DNA from: an uncultured Lachnospiraceae bacterium
GTDB taxonomy: Bacteria > Bacillota > Clostridia > Lachnospirales > Lachnospiraceae
Reading direction: 5' to 3'
Assembly: GCA_910587155.1 (NCBI GenBank)
Contig: CAJULA010000008.1
Coordinates: 32,343-96,342, forward strand
Length of the DNA stretch: 64,000 bases
Position numbers and translations under genes: made by a program. Below the pieces are notes generated by a model that saw only the letters and a list, made by a program, of their open reading frames with translations, searched no databases and was not told the DNA's origin. Below, piece by piece: positions 1 to 8,707 of this stretch; position 1 is the first letter of the stretch; each line of letters begins with the position of its first letter.

Positions 1-1
1 T

Positions 2-1267
2 TATAATTACGGCCGGCCGGAAGTTTCCAACTACCTGATTGCCAATGCACTGTTCTGGATCGAACAGTACCATGCGGACGGTATCCGTATCGACGCAGTC
101 GCTTCCATGCTCTATCTGGACTATGGCAAACGGGACGGCCAGTGGGTTGCCAATATTTACGGAGGCAATGAAAATCTGGAAGCCATGGAATTTCTGAAAC
201 ATTTAAATTCCGCCATTGAAAAAAGAGGAAACGGCGCCGTCAGCATTGCGGAGGAATCCACTGCCTGGCCCAAGGTGACCGGCTCCATGGAGGACGGCGG
301 TCTGGGCTTCTCCTATAAATGGAATATGGGCTGGATGAATGACTATCTGGAATATATCAAATACGATCCCTATTTCCGTTCCCATCATCACGGAGAACTG
401 ACATTCAGTATGATCTATGCTTACAGTGAGAAATTCATGCTGGAATTCTCCCATGATGAAGTGGTTCATGGCAAAGCATCCCTGCTGGGCAAGATGCCGG
501 GAGAGCGAAGAGATAAATTTGCCAACCTGCGCCTTACCCTCGCCCATATGATGATGCATCCGGGCAAGAAACTGTTGTTTATGGGGCAGGATATCGGAGA
601 ATTTGACGAATGGAATGAAAACAGGGAAGTGGAGTGGGATCTTCTGCAGTATGAAGACCATCAGGGAGTCAACCGGCTGATGCAGGATCTGAACCACTTT
701 TACCGGGAGCATCCGGCGCTGTATGAACTGGATACGGAAAGCGAGGGCTTTGAGTGGATCAATAATATCTCGGCCAATGAGAGCATGCTTGTATTTCTGC
801 GGAAAGGCCGGAAAGAGAATGAGATACTGCTGATCGTGGAGAATTTTGCCAATGCCGAATGGGATGCACATAAGATCGGCGTGCCCTTTGCCGGTAAATT
901 CAAGGAAATATTCAATACGGATGCAGAAATCTATGGCGGTAGCGGCCGCATAAATCCCAGGGTCAAGACGGCCAAGGCAAGCGAATGCGATCACCGGGAA
1001 TATTCCATTACCGTGCGCTGTGCTCCGCTGTCTGTGGCAGTCTTTTCCTGCACGGAAGATAAAACGGTTTCCATTGCCAAAGCGGCCGGCGTTAGAGGAG
1101 CTGTGAGCGGGAAAAAAACTGCCGCAGGCCGGACGGCAGGGAGTAAAAAAACGAAGACAGCGGGAAGCGAAAAATCCCAGGCAGCCGGGAAGGCATTAAA
1201 AACCGGGAAAAAGACAGTCTCTGCAGCCGGTAAAGCTTCCGTGAAAAATACTAAAAAAGAGAAATAG
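2..1267 (+). CDS. glgB: 1,4-alpha-glucan (glycogen) branching enzyme, C-terminal part; 5' end lies outside the window
   Basis: Frame is open from nt 2 (YNYGRPEVSNYLIANALFWIEQYHADGIRIDAVASMLYLDY...), upstream of the ATG at 107 used by the ORF track. GH13 branching-enzyme motifs are present (GIRIDAV, EESTAWP, FSHDEVVHGK). The product ends in a Lys/Ala/Gly-rich tail. Confidence 0.9.
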   Translation, partial: YNYGRPEVSNYLIANALFWIEQYHADGIRIDAVASMLYLDYGKRDGQWVANIYGGNENLEAMEFLKHLNSAIEKRGNGAVSIAEESTAWPKVTGSMEDGGLGFSYKWNMGWMNDYLEYIKYDPYFRSHHHGELTFSMIYAYSEKFMLEFSHDEVVHGKASLLGKMPGERRDKFANLRLTLAHMMMHPGKKLLFMGQDIGEFDEWNENREVEWDLLQYEDHQGVNRLMQDLNHFYREHPALYELDTESEGFEWINNISANESMLVFLRKGRKENEILLIVENFANAEWDAHKIGVPFAGKFKEIFNTDAEIYGGSGRINPRVKTAKASECDHREYSITVRCAPLSVAVFSCTEDKTVSIAKAAGVRGAVSGKKTAAGRTAGSKKTKTAGSEKSQAAGKALKTGKKTVSAAGKASVKNTKKEK

Positions 1268-1318
1268 GAAAAGTGATGCGGCCAGGTTTTGCTGCCCGCA
1301 TCATCCGGGAGGTTTGGT

Positions 1319-2197
1319 ATGTTGATTTGTTTATTGGAACAGGGGACAGATCCTAATCTGTCAGAAGCAGATATCGGTCTGATCAGCAGATTTTTGCAGG
1401 AACTGCCTGAGAAGGCGCTGGGTCTGGGGATTCGCGTGATACTGGCGGCGGTCGTCTTTTTTCTCGGACTGCAGATGATCGGACTGCTGCGCAGACTGGT
1501 GTCAAAATCCCTGTCCCGGACAAATGCGGACAAAGGTGTGGCACAGTTTTTGGATTCTCTGATCCGCATAGGTCTGACTGCTCTTTTGGTGCTGATGATT
1601 GCCATCAGCTTTGGCCTGGATGCTGCCAGTGTCATGGCCATGCTTGGCTCTGTTGGTGTGGCTTTTGCCCTGGCTTTGCAGGGAAGTCTTTCCAATTGTG
1701 CGGGAGGTGTGCTTATCCTGCTTCAGAAGCCTTTTGTGGTAGGGGATTATATCATAGAAGGCAGCAAAGGGCAGGAAGGAACCGTTATTGAGATCCAGCT
1801 TTTTTATACAAAGCTGCGCACGGCGGATGATGTTATCATTACCCTGCCAAACGGCTCTCTGGCCAATAATAATATTACGAACTATACTGCCGTTGCAACA
1901 AGACGCATGGACGTGACGATAGGAATTTCCTATGAGGCGGATGTAAAGCAGGCAAAAGAAGTATTGACGGGGGTCCTGGACGGAGAACCGAGGGTGCTTG
2001 CAGAGCTGGACAAGAAGGTATTTGTCAAAGAACTGGCGGACAGCGCCGTTGTCCTTGATGTACGCTGCTGGTTTAAAAATGAAGACTACTGGGACGGCCG
2101 TGCGGCTGTTCTGGAAGCGTGCAAGCTGGCGCTGGATGAAAACAAAATTTCCATCCCGTATCCGCAGATGGATGTGCATATGAAAAAAGAGGGGTAG
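1319..2197 (+). CDS. MscS-family mechanosensitive ion channel
   Basis: Three N-terminal hydrophobic helices are followed by an MscS beta-domain motif (GDYIIEGSKGQEGTVIEIQLFYTKLRTADDVIITLPNGSLANNNITNYT). The ATG at 1319 lies 6 nt after GGGAGG (1307-1312) and is preferred over the TTG at 1289. Confidence 0.85.
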   Translation: MLICLLEQGTDPNLSEADIGLISRFLQELPEKALGLGIRVILAAVVFFLGLQMIGLLRRLVSKSLSRTNADKGVAQFLDSLIRIGLTALLVLMIAISFGLDAASVMAMLGSVGVAFALALQGSLSNCAGGVLILLQKPFVVGDYIIEGSKGQEGTVIEIQLFYTKLRTADDVIITLPNGSLANNNITNYTAVATRRMDVTIGISYEADVKQAKEVLTGVLDGEPRVLAELDKKVFVKELADSAVVLDVRCWFKNEDYWDGRAAVLEACKLALDENKISIPYPQMDVHMKKEG

Positions 2198-2260
2198 TAT
2201 AGGATGGGAACCCAAAGATCTATGCGTAGGAAAGTCGCTTAGGCGTCACAAAACAGAAAC

Positions 2261-2306
2261 AAAAAAACCTTTGCATCTGCTCTGTATGTGCAGTGCAAAG
2301 GTTTTG
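2261..2306. terminator. Bidirectional rho-independent terminator between mscS (+) and tRNA-Thr (-)
   Basis: A7 run, then a hairpin CCTTTGCA(T)CTGC ... GCAGTGCAAAGG (2268-2301), then TTTT. This gives a U-tract on both strands. Confidence 0.6.
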
Positions 2307-2311
2307 ATAAC

Positions 2312-2384
2312 AGCCGAAAAAGGGACTCGAACCCTCGACCCCTTCATTACGAGTGAAGTGCTCTACCAGCTGAGCTATTTCGGC
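2312..2384 (-). tRNA. tRNA-Thr, anticodon CGU
   Basis: The reverse complement folds by hand into a 73-nt cloverleaf: acceptor GCCGAAA/TTTCGGC, D-arm GCTC-AGCTGGTA-GAGC, anticodon stem CTTCA/TGAAG with loop CTCGTAA, T-arm GAGGG-TTCGAGT-CCCTT, discriminator T. No CCA is encoded. Confidence 0.9.
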
Positions 2385-2495
2385 CTGTTTCGCTGACGTA
2401 TGTTATTATAAAGGGTAACGGAAGATTTTGCAAGCACAATTTGCATTTTTTCATAAAAATCAAAAAAGTCAAAATATACGAGGAGGAAAATCAAA

Positions 2496-3107
2496 ATGAA
2501 AAAGAAACTGATCTCTCTGGCAGCGGCGGTTATGCTCTTTGTCTGTGCCGGTATGACGGTTTGCGCGGAGCCTGTGGCGATGGAGGACGGGACTGTGTTT
2601 GACGCGGAATATTATGCGGAAAACAATCCTGATGTCGTGGCGGTCCTTGGCGCGGATGCGGCAGTTCTGTACCAGCATTATCTTCTGTGCGGCAGGGCGG
2701 AAGGACGTGCGCCGTCCACACCGGATATCAGCAGCATGGACTATAATCACCAGGTCATGGAGCTTTGTAACGGGCAGCGCAAAGCGGCAGGCGTAGGGGA
2801 GCTGACGTACGATGATTCTCTGGGCAGTGTGGCCGATATCCGGGCAAAGGAACTGGTGATCGCATTTTCCCATGTAAGGCCGGACGGCTCCAGTGCGCTG
2901 GATATGGTTCCTTTTGACGGCGGGACACGCTATAAAGGAGAGAATATCGCATGCGGCTTTGGCACCCCGCAGCGTGTGGTGGAAGGCTGGATGAACAGCG
3001 AAGGGCACAGAAAAAATATTCTGAGCGGCAATTATTCCCGGATCGGTGTGGGATATTATGTGGACGAGACCGGATATCCTTACTGGGTACAGATCTTTGC
3101 CGGATAA
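2496..3107 (+). CDS. Secreted CAP/SCP (YkwD-like) domain protein
   Basis: GAGGAGGA RBS and a signal peptide (MKKKLISLAAAVMLFVCAGMTVCA). C-terminal CAP-domain motifs are present (GENIACGF, GWMNSEGHRKNIL, IGVGYY). Confidence 0.8.
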   Translation: MKKKLISLAAAVMLFVCAGMTVCAEPVAMEDGTVFDAEYYAENNPDVVAVLGADAAVLYQHYLLCGRAEGRAPSTPDISSMDYNHQVMELCNGQRKAAGVGELTYDDSLGSVADIRAKELVIAFSHVRPDGSSALDMVPFDGGTRYKGENIACGFGTPQRVVEGWMNSEGHRKNILSGNYSRIGVGYYVDETGYPYWVQIFAG

Positions 3108-3145
3108 ACGAAGAAAGGGCATGAACGGAACAGGGAGGTGCTTTC

Positions 3146-3940
3146 ATGGCAATGTTACATACGATATATTTCAGCGGAAAGGGGACGACCAGAGCCTGTG
3201 CAGAATACATCGGGCAGTTGCTGGATCGGGAAATACAAACCTATGATTGGCTGCGTCAGCCCTGTGATAAGGAGCAGGAGATGATGGAGGATGATGTTTT
3301 GTTGTTTTCCATGCCGGTATATGGCGGCTTTATCCCGTATATCTGCGCCGGAATGGCCAGACATTTGAAAGGGAATCATACACCGGCCATTCTGGCGGCG
3401 GTTTATGGGAACCGTCACTACGATTATGCCCTGCAGCAGATGAAAGATATTCTGACCGCGCAGGGGTTTGTGGTGATTGCCGCGGGGGCATTTCTGGCAC
3501 AGCATTCCATCTTCCCGTCCGTTGCCTCAGGCCGCCCTGATGAGAGGGATAAGGCGGTGATGACAGAATTTGCGGCAGCGTGCAGAGAACTGCTGCAGGG
3601 ATGGAAGGAAAGACGGTTTGAAGAAATCCGCCTTCCGGGCAGTCAGGCGTATGACGCGGCTTCTTTTCAGGGTGTGCCGTTTCATCCGGATGCCGATAAG
3701 ACATGCACGGGCTGCGGCGCCTGTGTGAGCGTATGTCCCATGCGGGCCATTGACGCTGCCAGTCCTGCAAAAACGGATCCGGCAAAGTGCATTTCCTGCG
3801 GCGCCTGTATCGCCGCCTGTCCGGCGGGGGCAAGAGGGTATCACGGAGCGGCATACAAGGCGGCAGGTCTTATATTTGCAAAAAAATGTTCCGCTTACAG
3901 AGTAGCGGAGCTGTACTATGTAAAAGAACTGCAAGTTTAA
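3146..3940 (+). CDS. Flavodoxin-like / 2x[4Fe-4S] ferredoxin fusion (EFR1-family ferredoxin-like)
   Basis: GGGAGG RBS. The N-terminus has a flavodoxin-type YFSGKGTT loop. The C-terminus has two CxxCxxCxxxCP motifs (CTGCGACVSVCP, CISCGACIAACP). Confidence 0.75.
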   Translation: MAMLHTIYFSGKGTTRACAEYIGQLLDREIQTYDWLRQPCDKEQEMMEDDVLLFSMPVYGGFIPYICAGMARHLKGNHTPAILAAVYGNRHYDYALQQMKDILTAQGFVVIAAGAFLAQHSIFPSVASGRPDERDKAVMTEFAAACRELLQGWKERRFEEIRLPGSQAYDAASFQGVPFHPDADKTCTGCGACVSVCPMRAIDAASPAKTDPAKCISCGACIAACPAGARGYHGAAYKAAGLIFAKKCSAYRVAELYYVKELQV

Positions 3941-3947
3941 AAATTTC

Positions 3948-3976
3948 TTGTCATTTCCTCTCTTTTTTGCTATAAT
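3948..3976 (+). promoter_or_regulatory. Sigma-70-type promoter candidate for the 4053 gene
   Basis: TTGTCA (3948-3953), a 17-nt spacer, then TATAAT (3971-3976). Confidence 0.5.
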
Positions 3977-3983
3977 TAAATCG

Positions 3984-4011
3984 TAAGTAGTAAGTGATAA
4001 GTAGTAAGTAA
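3984..4011 (+). repeat. Four tandem heptamers TAAGTNN in the predicted 5' UTR
   Basis: TAAGTAG TAAGTGA TAAGTAG TAAGTAA with an exact 7-nt period, starting about 8 nt after the -10 box. Confidence 0.7.
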
Positions 4012-4052
4012 AAATAATCCGTCAGAGGCGGAGATACAGGGGAGGGAATGAT

Positions 4053-5009
4053 ATGAGAAAAGAGCATACTTTATCTTCACAGTTTGCCATCATAGGTCTG
4101 GATGGGCAGCCCGCTTTGCAGTATTGCGCGGCAAAGGCGGCGGTTGTGCGGGGAATTGCGGCAGCGGCTTTTCTGGATAAGATTTTGTTTTGGCAGAAAG
4201 AGGCGTGGGCAGGAGAAACATTTTCGGCAGAACTGACAACAGCACTTGAGAGAGTCCGGAAACTGAAGAAAAAAGAGGCACAGCGTCTGGAAAAGGATAT
4301 GGTGGCCGGGCTTGTGGCGGACGGCGCGATGGAGATCATACCTGATCTGCTCGGCTGTGATATGGATTATGTCACGGCCGGTGTGGAAATAAAAGCATAC
4401 CGCAGTGATGCCGGGCTATATTTGTCTGTCACGGAAGGTCTGCGGGGAGAAATCCTGGACGACGGGCCGGTGACCATAGAATGTGTCTGCCTTTTGTGGC
4501 TGATCCGGGAAAGCGGATGTATCCATGAGATTTTTTCCGTGCGTGAACAGGAGCAGATCCAGGAGAAGATAACCACGATGACGGCCTCGGCCGGGCGCTT
4601 TGACGGGGACCCTGTCAGTATGGCGTCGGCCGCATACGCGGAGATGGCAGATATTATCTGGAAACAGGAATTCCATAAAGGGCTGGAACTGATGGTAACA
4701 TCTTTCCTGAAAGGGAAACGCAGTCTGTTTCGCAATCCTTACCTGGCAGGAATCAATCTGCTCTTTCCCTTTCTGGAACGGAGAGCGGCGATTTTTGTTG
4801 ATTTTGTGGTTCTGGGAACGGATGTGGCAGGGAGACGCGGGGCGATGGAAGCATACCTGTCAGAAAAAGGGCATTACGTGGAGGAAGTAAAAAGCGGGTC
4901 AGAGACATTGCTGCGGATCGACAATATGTACTACCGCATCTGGCCCAAAACAGTAGTAGTCAACCGGATCCCCATACAGGGCGCCAGTCTGCTGCCGGTT
5001 TACCGGTGA
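4053..5009 (+). CDS. Hypothetical protein (318 aa, no family recognised)
   Basis: Long ORF with a strong RBS (GGGGAGGG 7 nt upstream) and its own promoter. No motif could be assigned. Confidence 0.7.
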   Translation: MRKEHTLSSQFAIIGLDGQPALQYCAAKAAVVRGIAAAAFLDKILFWQKEAWAGETFSAELTTALERVRKLKKKEAQRLEKDMVAGLVADGAMEIIPDLLGCDMDYVTAGVEIKAYRSDAGLYLSVTEGLRGEILDDGPVTIECVCLLWLIRESGCIHEIFSVREQEQIQEKITTMTASAGRFDGDPVSMASAAYAEMADIIWKQEFHKGLELMVTSFLKGKRSLFRNPYLAGINLLFPFLERRAAIFVDFVVLGTDVAGRRGAMEAYLSEKGHYVEEVKSGSETLLRIDNMYYRIWPKTVVVNRIPIQGASLLPVYR

Positions 5010-5065
5010 TCCGGCTGAACGGTGATAACAGTCGGCAACGTGCCATATGTGTGCATATCGTTTCT

Positions 5066-5103
5066 AAACGTCCACGTTTGTAACGATACAAACATGGACG
5101 TTT
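5066..5103. promoter_or_regulatory. 17-bp inverted repeat (1 mismatch, 4-nt spacer) upstream of the MerR-family gene; operator or RNA hairpin
   Basis: AAACGTCCACGTTTGTA acga TACAAACATGGACGTTT, ending 23 nt before the ATG at 5126. Confidence 0.55.
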
Positions 5104-5125
5104 GAAAGAAAGAAAGTGATAAAAA

Positions 5126-5392
5126 ATGTCAAGGCGCAGAACGATGGAAACAATCCTTGCTTCCGAATATATAACAATCGGTGAACTGGCAATGCTGACC
5201 GGATGCCGTTACAGTACATTGAAATTTTATACGGAAGAAGGCATGCTTTCCTATGAACAGGCAGAGCAGAATCTGACCAGAAGGTACAGACGAAAGAAGA
5301 GTGTGGAACGGGTGGAATGGATATGCGCGCAGCGTCGGGAAGGCAGAAGTGTGCAGGAAATTAAGCGCCTGCTCTGTGACAGTCCAGGTTGA
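5126..5392 (+). CDS. Small MerR-family HTH transcriptional regulator
   Basis: MerR-type N-terminal HTH (ITIGELAMLTGCRYSTLKFYTEEGML). The start could instead be the ATG at 5144. Confidence 0.7.
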   Translation: MSRRRTMETILASEYITIGELAMLTGCRYSTLKFYTEEGMLSYEQAEQNLTRRYRRKKSVERVEWICAQRREGRSVQEIKRLLCDSPG

Positions 5393-5456
5393 CTTTTGCT
5401 GTCAGACTGCTATAATCAGACAGGTTCTATCTTATAACAGACGGGAGAGACAAAAG

Positions 5457-6482
5457 ATGCTGTCATTTGAAAGCGATTATACAACGGGAGCCCATCCCGC
5501 CATATTGCGGCGTCTGATGGAGACAAACAGGGAATCGCTGCCGGGATACGGCAGTGACTCCTACTGTGAACAGGCGAAATATAAAATCCGGGAGGCATGC
5601 GGATGCCCACAGGCGGAGGTCTTTTTTATGACAGGAGGCACCCAGACCAATGCCGTGGTGATCGCCTCCATGCTGCGTGAATATGAAGGGGTGATCGCGG
5701 CGCAGACCGGTCATGTAAGTATCCACGAGGCGGGCGCCATCGAGAATACGGGGCATAAAGTATTGGAACTTCCTCAGAAAGAGGGCAGGATAGAAGCCTC
5801 CGTGCTGGAGCAGTATCTGACCCGCTTTGCGCAGGATGAAAATCATGAACATATGGTATTTCCGGGCATGGTATCTCTCTCTCATCCGACGGAATACGGG
5901 ACACTGTATACAAAAAAGGAACTGGAACAGATCTCGGCGGTCTGTAAACAATACCGGATCCCTTTGTATCTGGATGGTGCCCGTCTGGGATATGGCCTGA
6001 TGAGTCGGAAAAGTGATATGACACTCGCCGATATCGCCCGGCTCTGTGATGTGTTTTATATCGGAGGGACAAAGGTGGGGGCCTTGTGCGGTGAGGCGGT
6101 CGTATTTACGGCTCATAATATGCCGCCGCATTTTCTGACGATGGCAAAGCGCCGGGGTGCCCTGCTGGCAAAAGGGAGACTGCTGGGAATCCAGTTTGAC
6201 ACACTGTTTACCGACAATCTGTATTTTGAGATCAGCAGACATGCCATTTTGATGGCAGAGCGGCTGAAAGAACTGTTTACGGAAAAGGGATACCGGTTTT
6301 ATCTGCAATCACCCACGAACCAGCAGTTTGTCATACTGGAAAATCGAAAGATGGAGGCGCTGCAAAAGCAGGTGGCATTCAGCTTCTGGGAACAATTTGA
6401 TGAAGCGCATACAGTTGTGCGTTTTGCCACCAGCTGGTCCACTTCCGGGGAAGATATCGCGGAATTGTCAAAGCTGTTGTAA
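5457..6482 (+). CDS. Low-specificity L-threonine aldolase / beta-eliminating lyase family (PLP-dependent)
   Basis: The product starts MLSFESDYTTGAHPAILRRL and contains GGTQTNAVVI and a GGTK lysine motif. The ATG at 5457 follows GGGAGAG. The longer ORF-track start at 5301 overlaps the MerR gene. Confidence 0.85.
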   Translation: MLSFESDYTTGAHPAILRRLMETNRESLPGYGSDSYCEQAKYKIREACGCPQAEVFFMTGGTQTNAVVIASMLREYEGVIAAQTGHVSIHEAGAIENTGHKVLELPQKEGRIEASVLEQYLTRFAQDENHEHMVFPGMVSLSHPTEYGTLYTKKELEQISAVCKQYRIPLYLDGARLGYGLMSRKSDMTLADIARLCDVFYIGGTKVGALCGEAVVFTAHNMPPHFLTMAKRRGALLAKGRLLGIQFDTLFTDNLYFEISRHAILMAERLKELFTEKGYRFYLQSPTNQQFVILENRKMEALQKQVAFSFWEQFDEAHTVVRFATSWSTSGEDIAELSKLL

Positions 6483-6512
6483 GAAAAGCAGATATAGAGG
6501 GGAGATTGCAAT

Positions 6513-7763
6513 ATGAGGGGAAAAAAGAGGGCGGCGATAAGTAAATGGACAATTCATTCCATTGTCTGTATCATGGCGGTCTTTCTGTTGTCCGCGGGAC
6601 TGCTCACCGCATGCGGGCGGCAGGAAGATCCCGGAGAGGCGGATGCGCTGGATGATATCTCTGAGGAGACGGCGGAGCTGTCTGCCGATACAGACAACGG
6701 ACGTGAAGAAACCGGCGATGAAAAAGACGTGGCAGACCTGCCCGGAGGACAGGAGACGGAGGGAGAAAAGGCAGATACGGAAAAACTGCAGGAAAAATTC
6801 GGTGAGGGCTGTATCGCCGGACAGACGTTTGAGGTGGAACTGAGCGAATACCCGCGGGCCGTATTTTTTGTCCCTTTTGCACCTGTGTCTGACGGTGAGG
6901 ATTTCCGGATGCAGATTATGCTGGATGGGGAAGTTCTGACAAAGATCGACGGCTATGTTCCACAAGCGCTGGCGGGAGAGACGTTCACCAGTCTGGATGC
7001 CGTTTCTTTTTATGATGTCAATTTTGACGGCAATACGGACATCGTCTTGATCGAGACGTATGGCACTGCCAGTTTCGCGGCGGTTTATTATGGTTATGGG
7101 GAATTGGGCTCTGGCTATTTTACGATACAGGAAGAATTGTCGGACAATCTGAGCGGCCAGGTGGAAGCGCTTTCTGTCTCAGGGATACGCGGCTTTTTAT
7201 CAGACGGGAAAAAGAACGGGGAATTCGCCGGTTATCAGGAGGCCTATCGGGCTGTGGCGAGACTTTGCAGTCTGGAAAGGGACGATCAGACCTTTGCTCT
7301 GCTCTATGTTGATGATGATGAAATACCGGAGCTGGCAGCCGGGCTGACCGGATATTATGTCGATCTGTATACCTTTCATGACGGTTGTCTGTATTTACTG
7401 ATGGATGACTGGGGCTATGGCGCCATGGGTAATCATGGGTATGAATATGCGCCCCGACAGAACAGCATACGAAATTACAACGCGGACTATGCCGGCGCCA
7501 TCATGTATACGACATATATGCAGATCAGTGAAAGGTATACCCTGGATACGGTTGTGTCCATCGAGACGTTCAATTTTGATGACGTGAACGGAAACGGCGT
7601 GCCGGATGAGGAGGAAGAGGACTCCATGGGCTTATACAGTGTGGACAGGATTGACGGCAGAGACGTCACCAGGGAGGAGGCCGCTTCGTATGACAGAGGC
7701 GATTATGAAGCTGTCGTCGGCGAAATGAACCTGGCGGAGCTGGAGGCAGCACTTGAGAGGTGA
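6513..7763 (+). CDS. Lipoprotein with acidic linker and DxNxDG-type (FG-GAP/calcium-loop-like) motifs
   Basis: Signal peptide with lipobox LLTAC at the N-terminus, then a Glu/Asp-rich low-complexity linker. DVNFDGNTD and DVNGNGVPD motifs are present. Confidence 0.75.
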   Translation: MRGKKRAAISKWTIHSIVCIMAVFLLSAGLLTACGRQEDPGEADALDDISEETAELSADTDNGREETGDEKDVADLPGGQETEGEKADTEKLQEKFGEGCIAGQTFEVELSEYPRAVFFVPFAPVSDGEDFRMQIMLDGEVLTKIDGYVPQALAGETFTSLDAVSFYDVNFDGNTDIVLIETYGTASFAAVYYGYGELGSGYFTIQEELSDNLSGQVEALSVSGIRGFLSDGKKNGEFAGYQEAYRAVARLCSLERDDQTFALLYVDDDEIPELAAGLTGYYVDLYTFHDGCLYLLMDDWGYGAMGNHGYEYAPRQNSIRNYNADYAGAIMYTTYMQISERYTLDTVVSIETFNFDDVNGNGVPDEEEEDSMGLYSVDRIDGRDVTREEAASYDRGDYEAVVGEMNLAELEAALER

Positions 7764-7769
7764 TGAGAT

Positions 7770-8694
7770 ATGGGCACAGACAGGTTAAAAAAGAAGCTGG
7801 AGGAACAGCGCGGAGTGTATCATGCCCTGAGAAAGGGGGATACCAATCTGGTCTGCTACAAAGAATACAGGGACGGACGATGAAAAAACGATCGCCTGGC
7901 TTTTCGGGGAAGAAGTCAGTGCCAGAGAGCGCAATTCCTTTCAGGGGATCGGGAGCACACTGGGGATTCTGACATGGCTGCTGAAAAAGTATGACAGGGA
8001 TCATAAGTATGAGGCGTTCTTTCAGCGGGCCAAGAACGCCAACTTTGACTGTGCCTGCGGCTATGACCCGGAAGGGACCGTAGATGACGACTTTGAGAAT
8101 CACACGCTGTTGGACTGTATTTACTTATGTCAGGATCTGGATTATAAAGATGTCATGGACGCTCTGGTGCATGAGTGGAAACAGGAAATCGAAGATTCCT
8201 GCGGCTTTAATCCTTCCAGTCGCCGTATGCTGATTGGTTTCCATTCCTTTCTTGGCAGAGAGGCGGAAAACGAGAGATTGTATCAGGAACAGCTGAGCGA
8301 AACCGCGGCGTCAGACGCGGCCGGCGCGCGCGATATTATTGGCGGATACAGAGATTTGATCCGTTGTTATCTGCGTTTGGGGCATTACGTAAAAGCGTAC
8401 TGCTGTTGCGTCATGGTTATGAAAAATCCGGGCTATGAACAGATCAGGACACTGCGTCTGGCAGGGGATATTCTGGAAGGGTGTTTTGAAGTGGTCGCTC
8501 ATGCTCCGAACCGGGCGTCTGACTTATGGGAACTGGCAAACAGGGAGCTGCAAAGGGGCGGATTTTGCCGGTATGGCAATCTGTATACAAAAGGGATTGC
8601 CGCGGCAAGAGCTGTCGGGGACTGCTGCGTTCCGGCGCTGGAGCGGGAATACCGGGAATGGAGGAAGGCCTGCGGCTTATCTTTGGGGGACTGA
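7770..8694 (+). pseudogene. Frameshifted gene of unknown function (Cys-rich product)
   Basis: ATG at 7770 opens a 37-codon ORF (MGTDRLKKKLEEQRGVYHALRKGDTNLVCYKEYRDGR) that stops at 7881-7883. The +1 frame is open from 7831 to 8694 with protein-like sequence but has no ATG/GTG/TTG before the TTG at 8110. Confidence 0.55.
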
Positions 8695-8707
8695 GAAGGA
8701 GAGGCAT

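Noticed and set aside
3984-4011. Short tandem repeats considered as a possible CRISPR array or minisatellite
   Set aside because: The units are 7 nt with no spacers, total only 28 nt, and no cas genes are present. It is reported as a heptamer array, not a CRISPR array.
4053-5009. Possible GPP34/GOLPH3-like assignment for the 318-aa protein, based on the N-terminal FAIIGLDG segment
   Set aside because: The resemblance is limited to a few residues and cannot be supported without a profile search. It is left as hypothetical.
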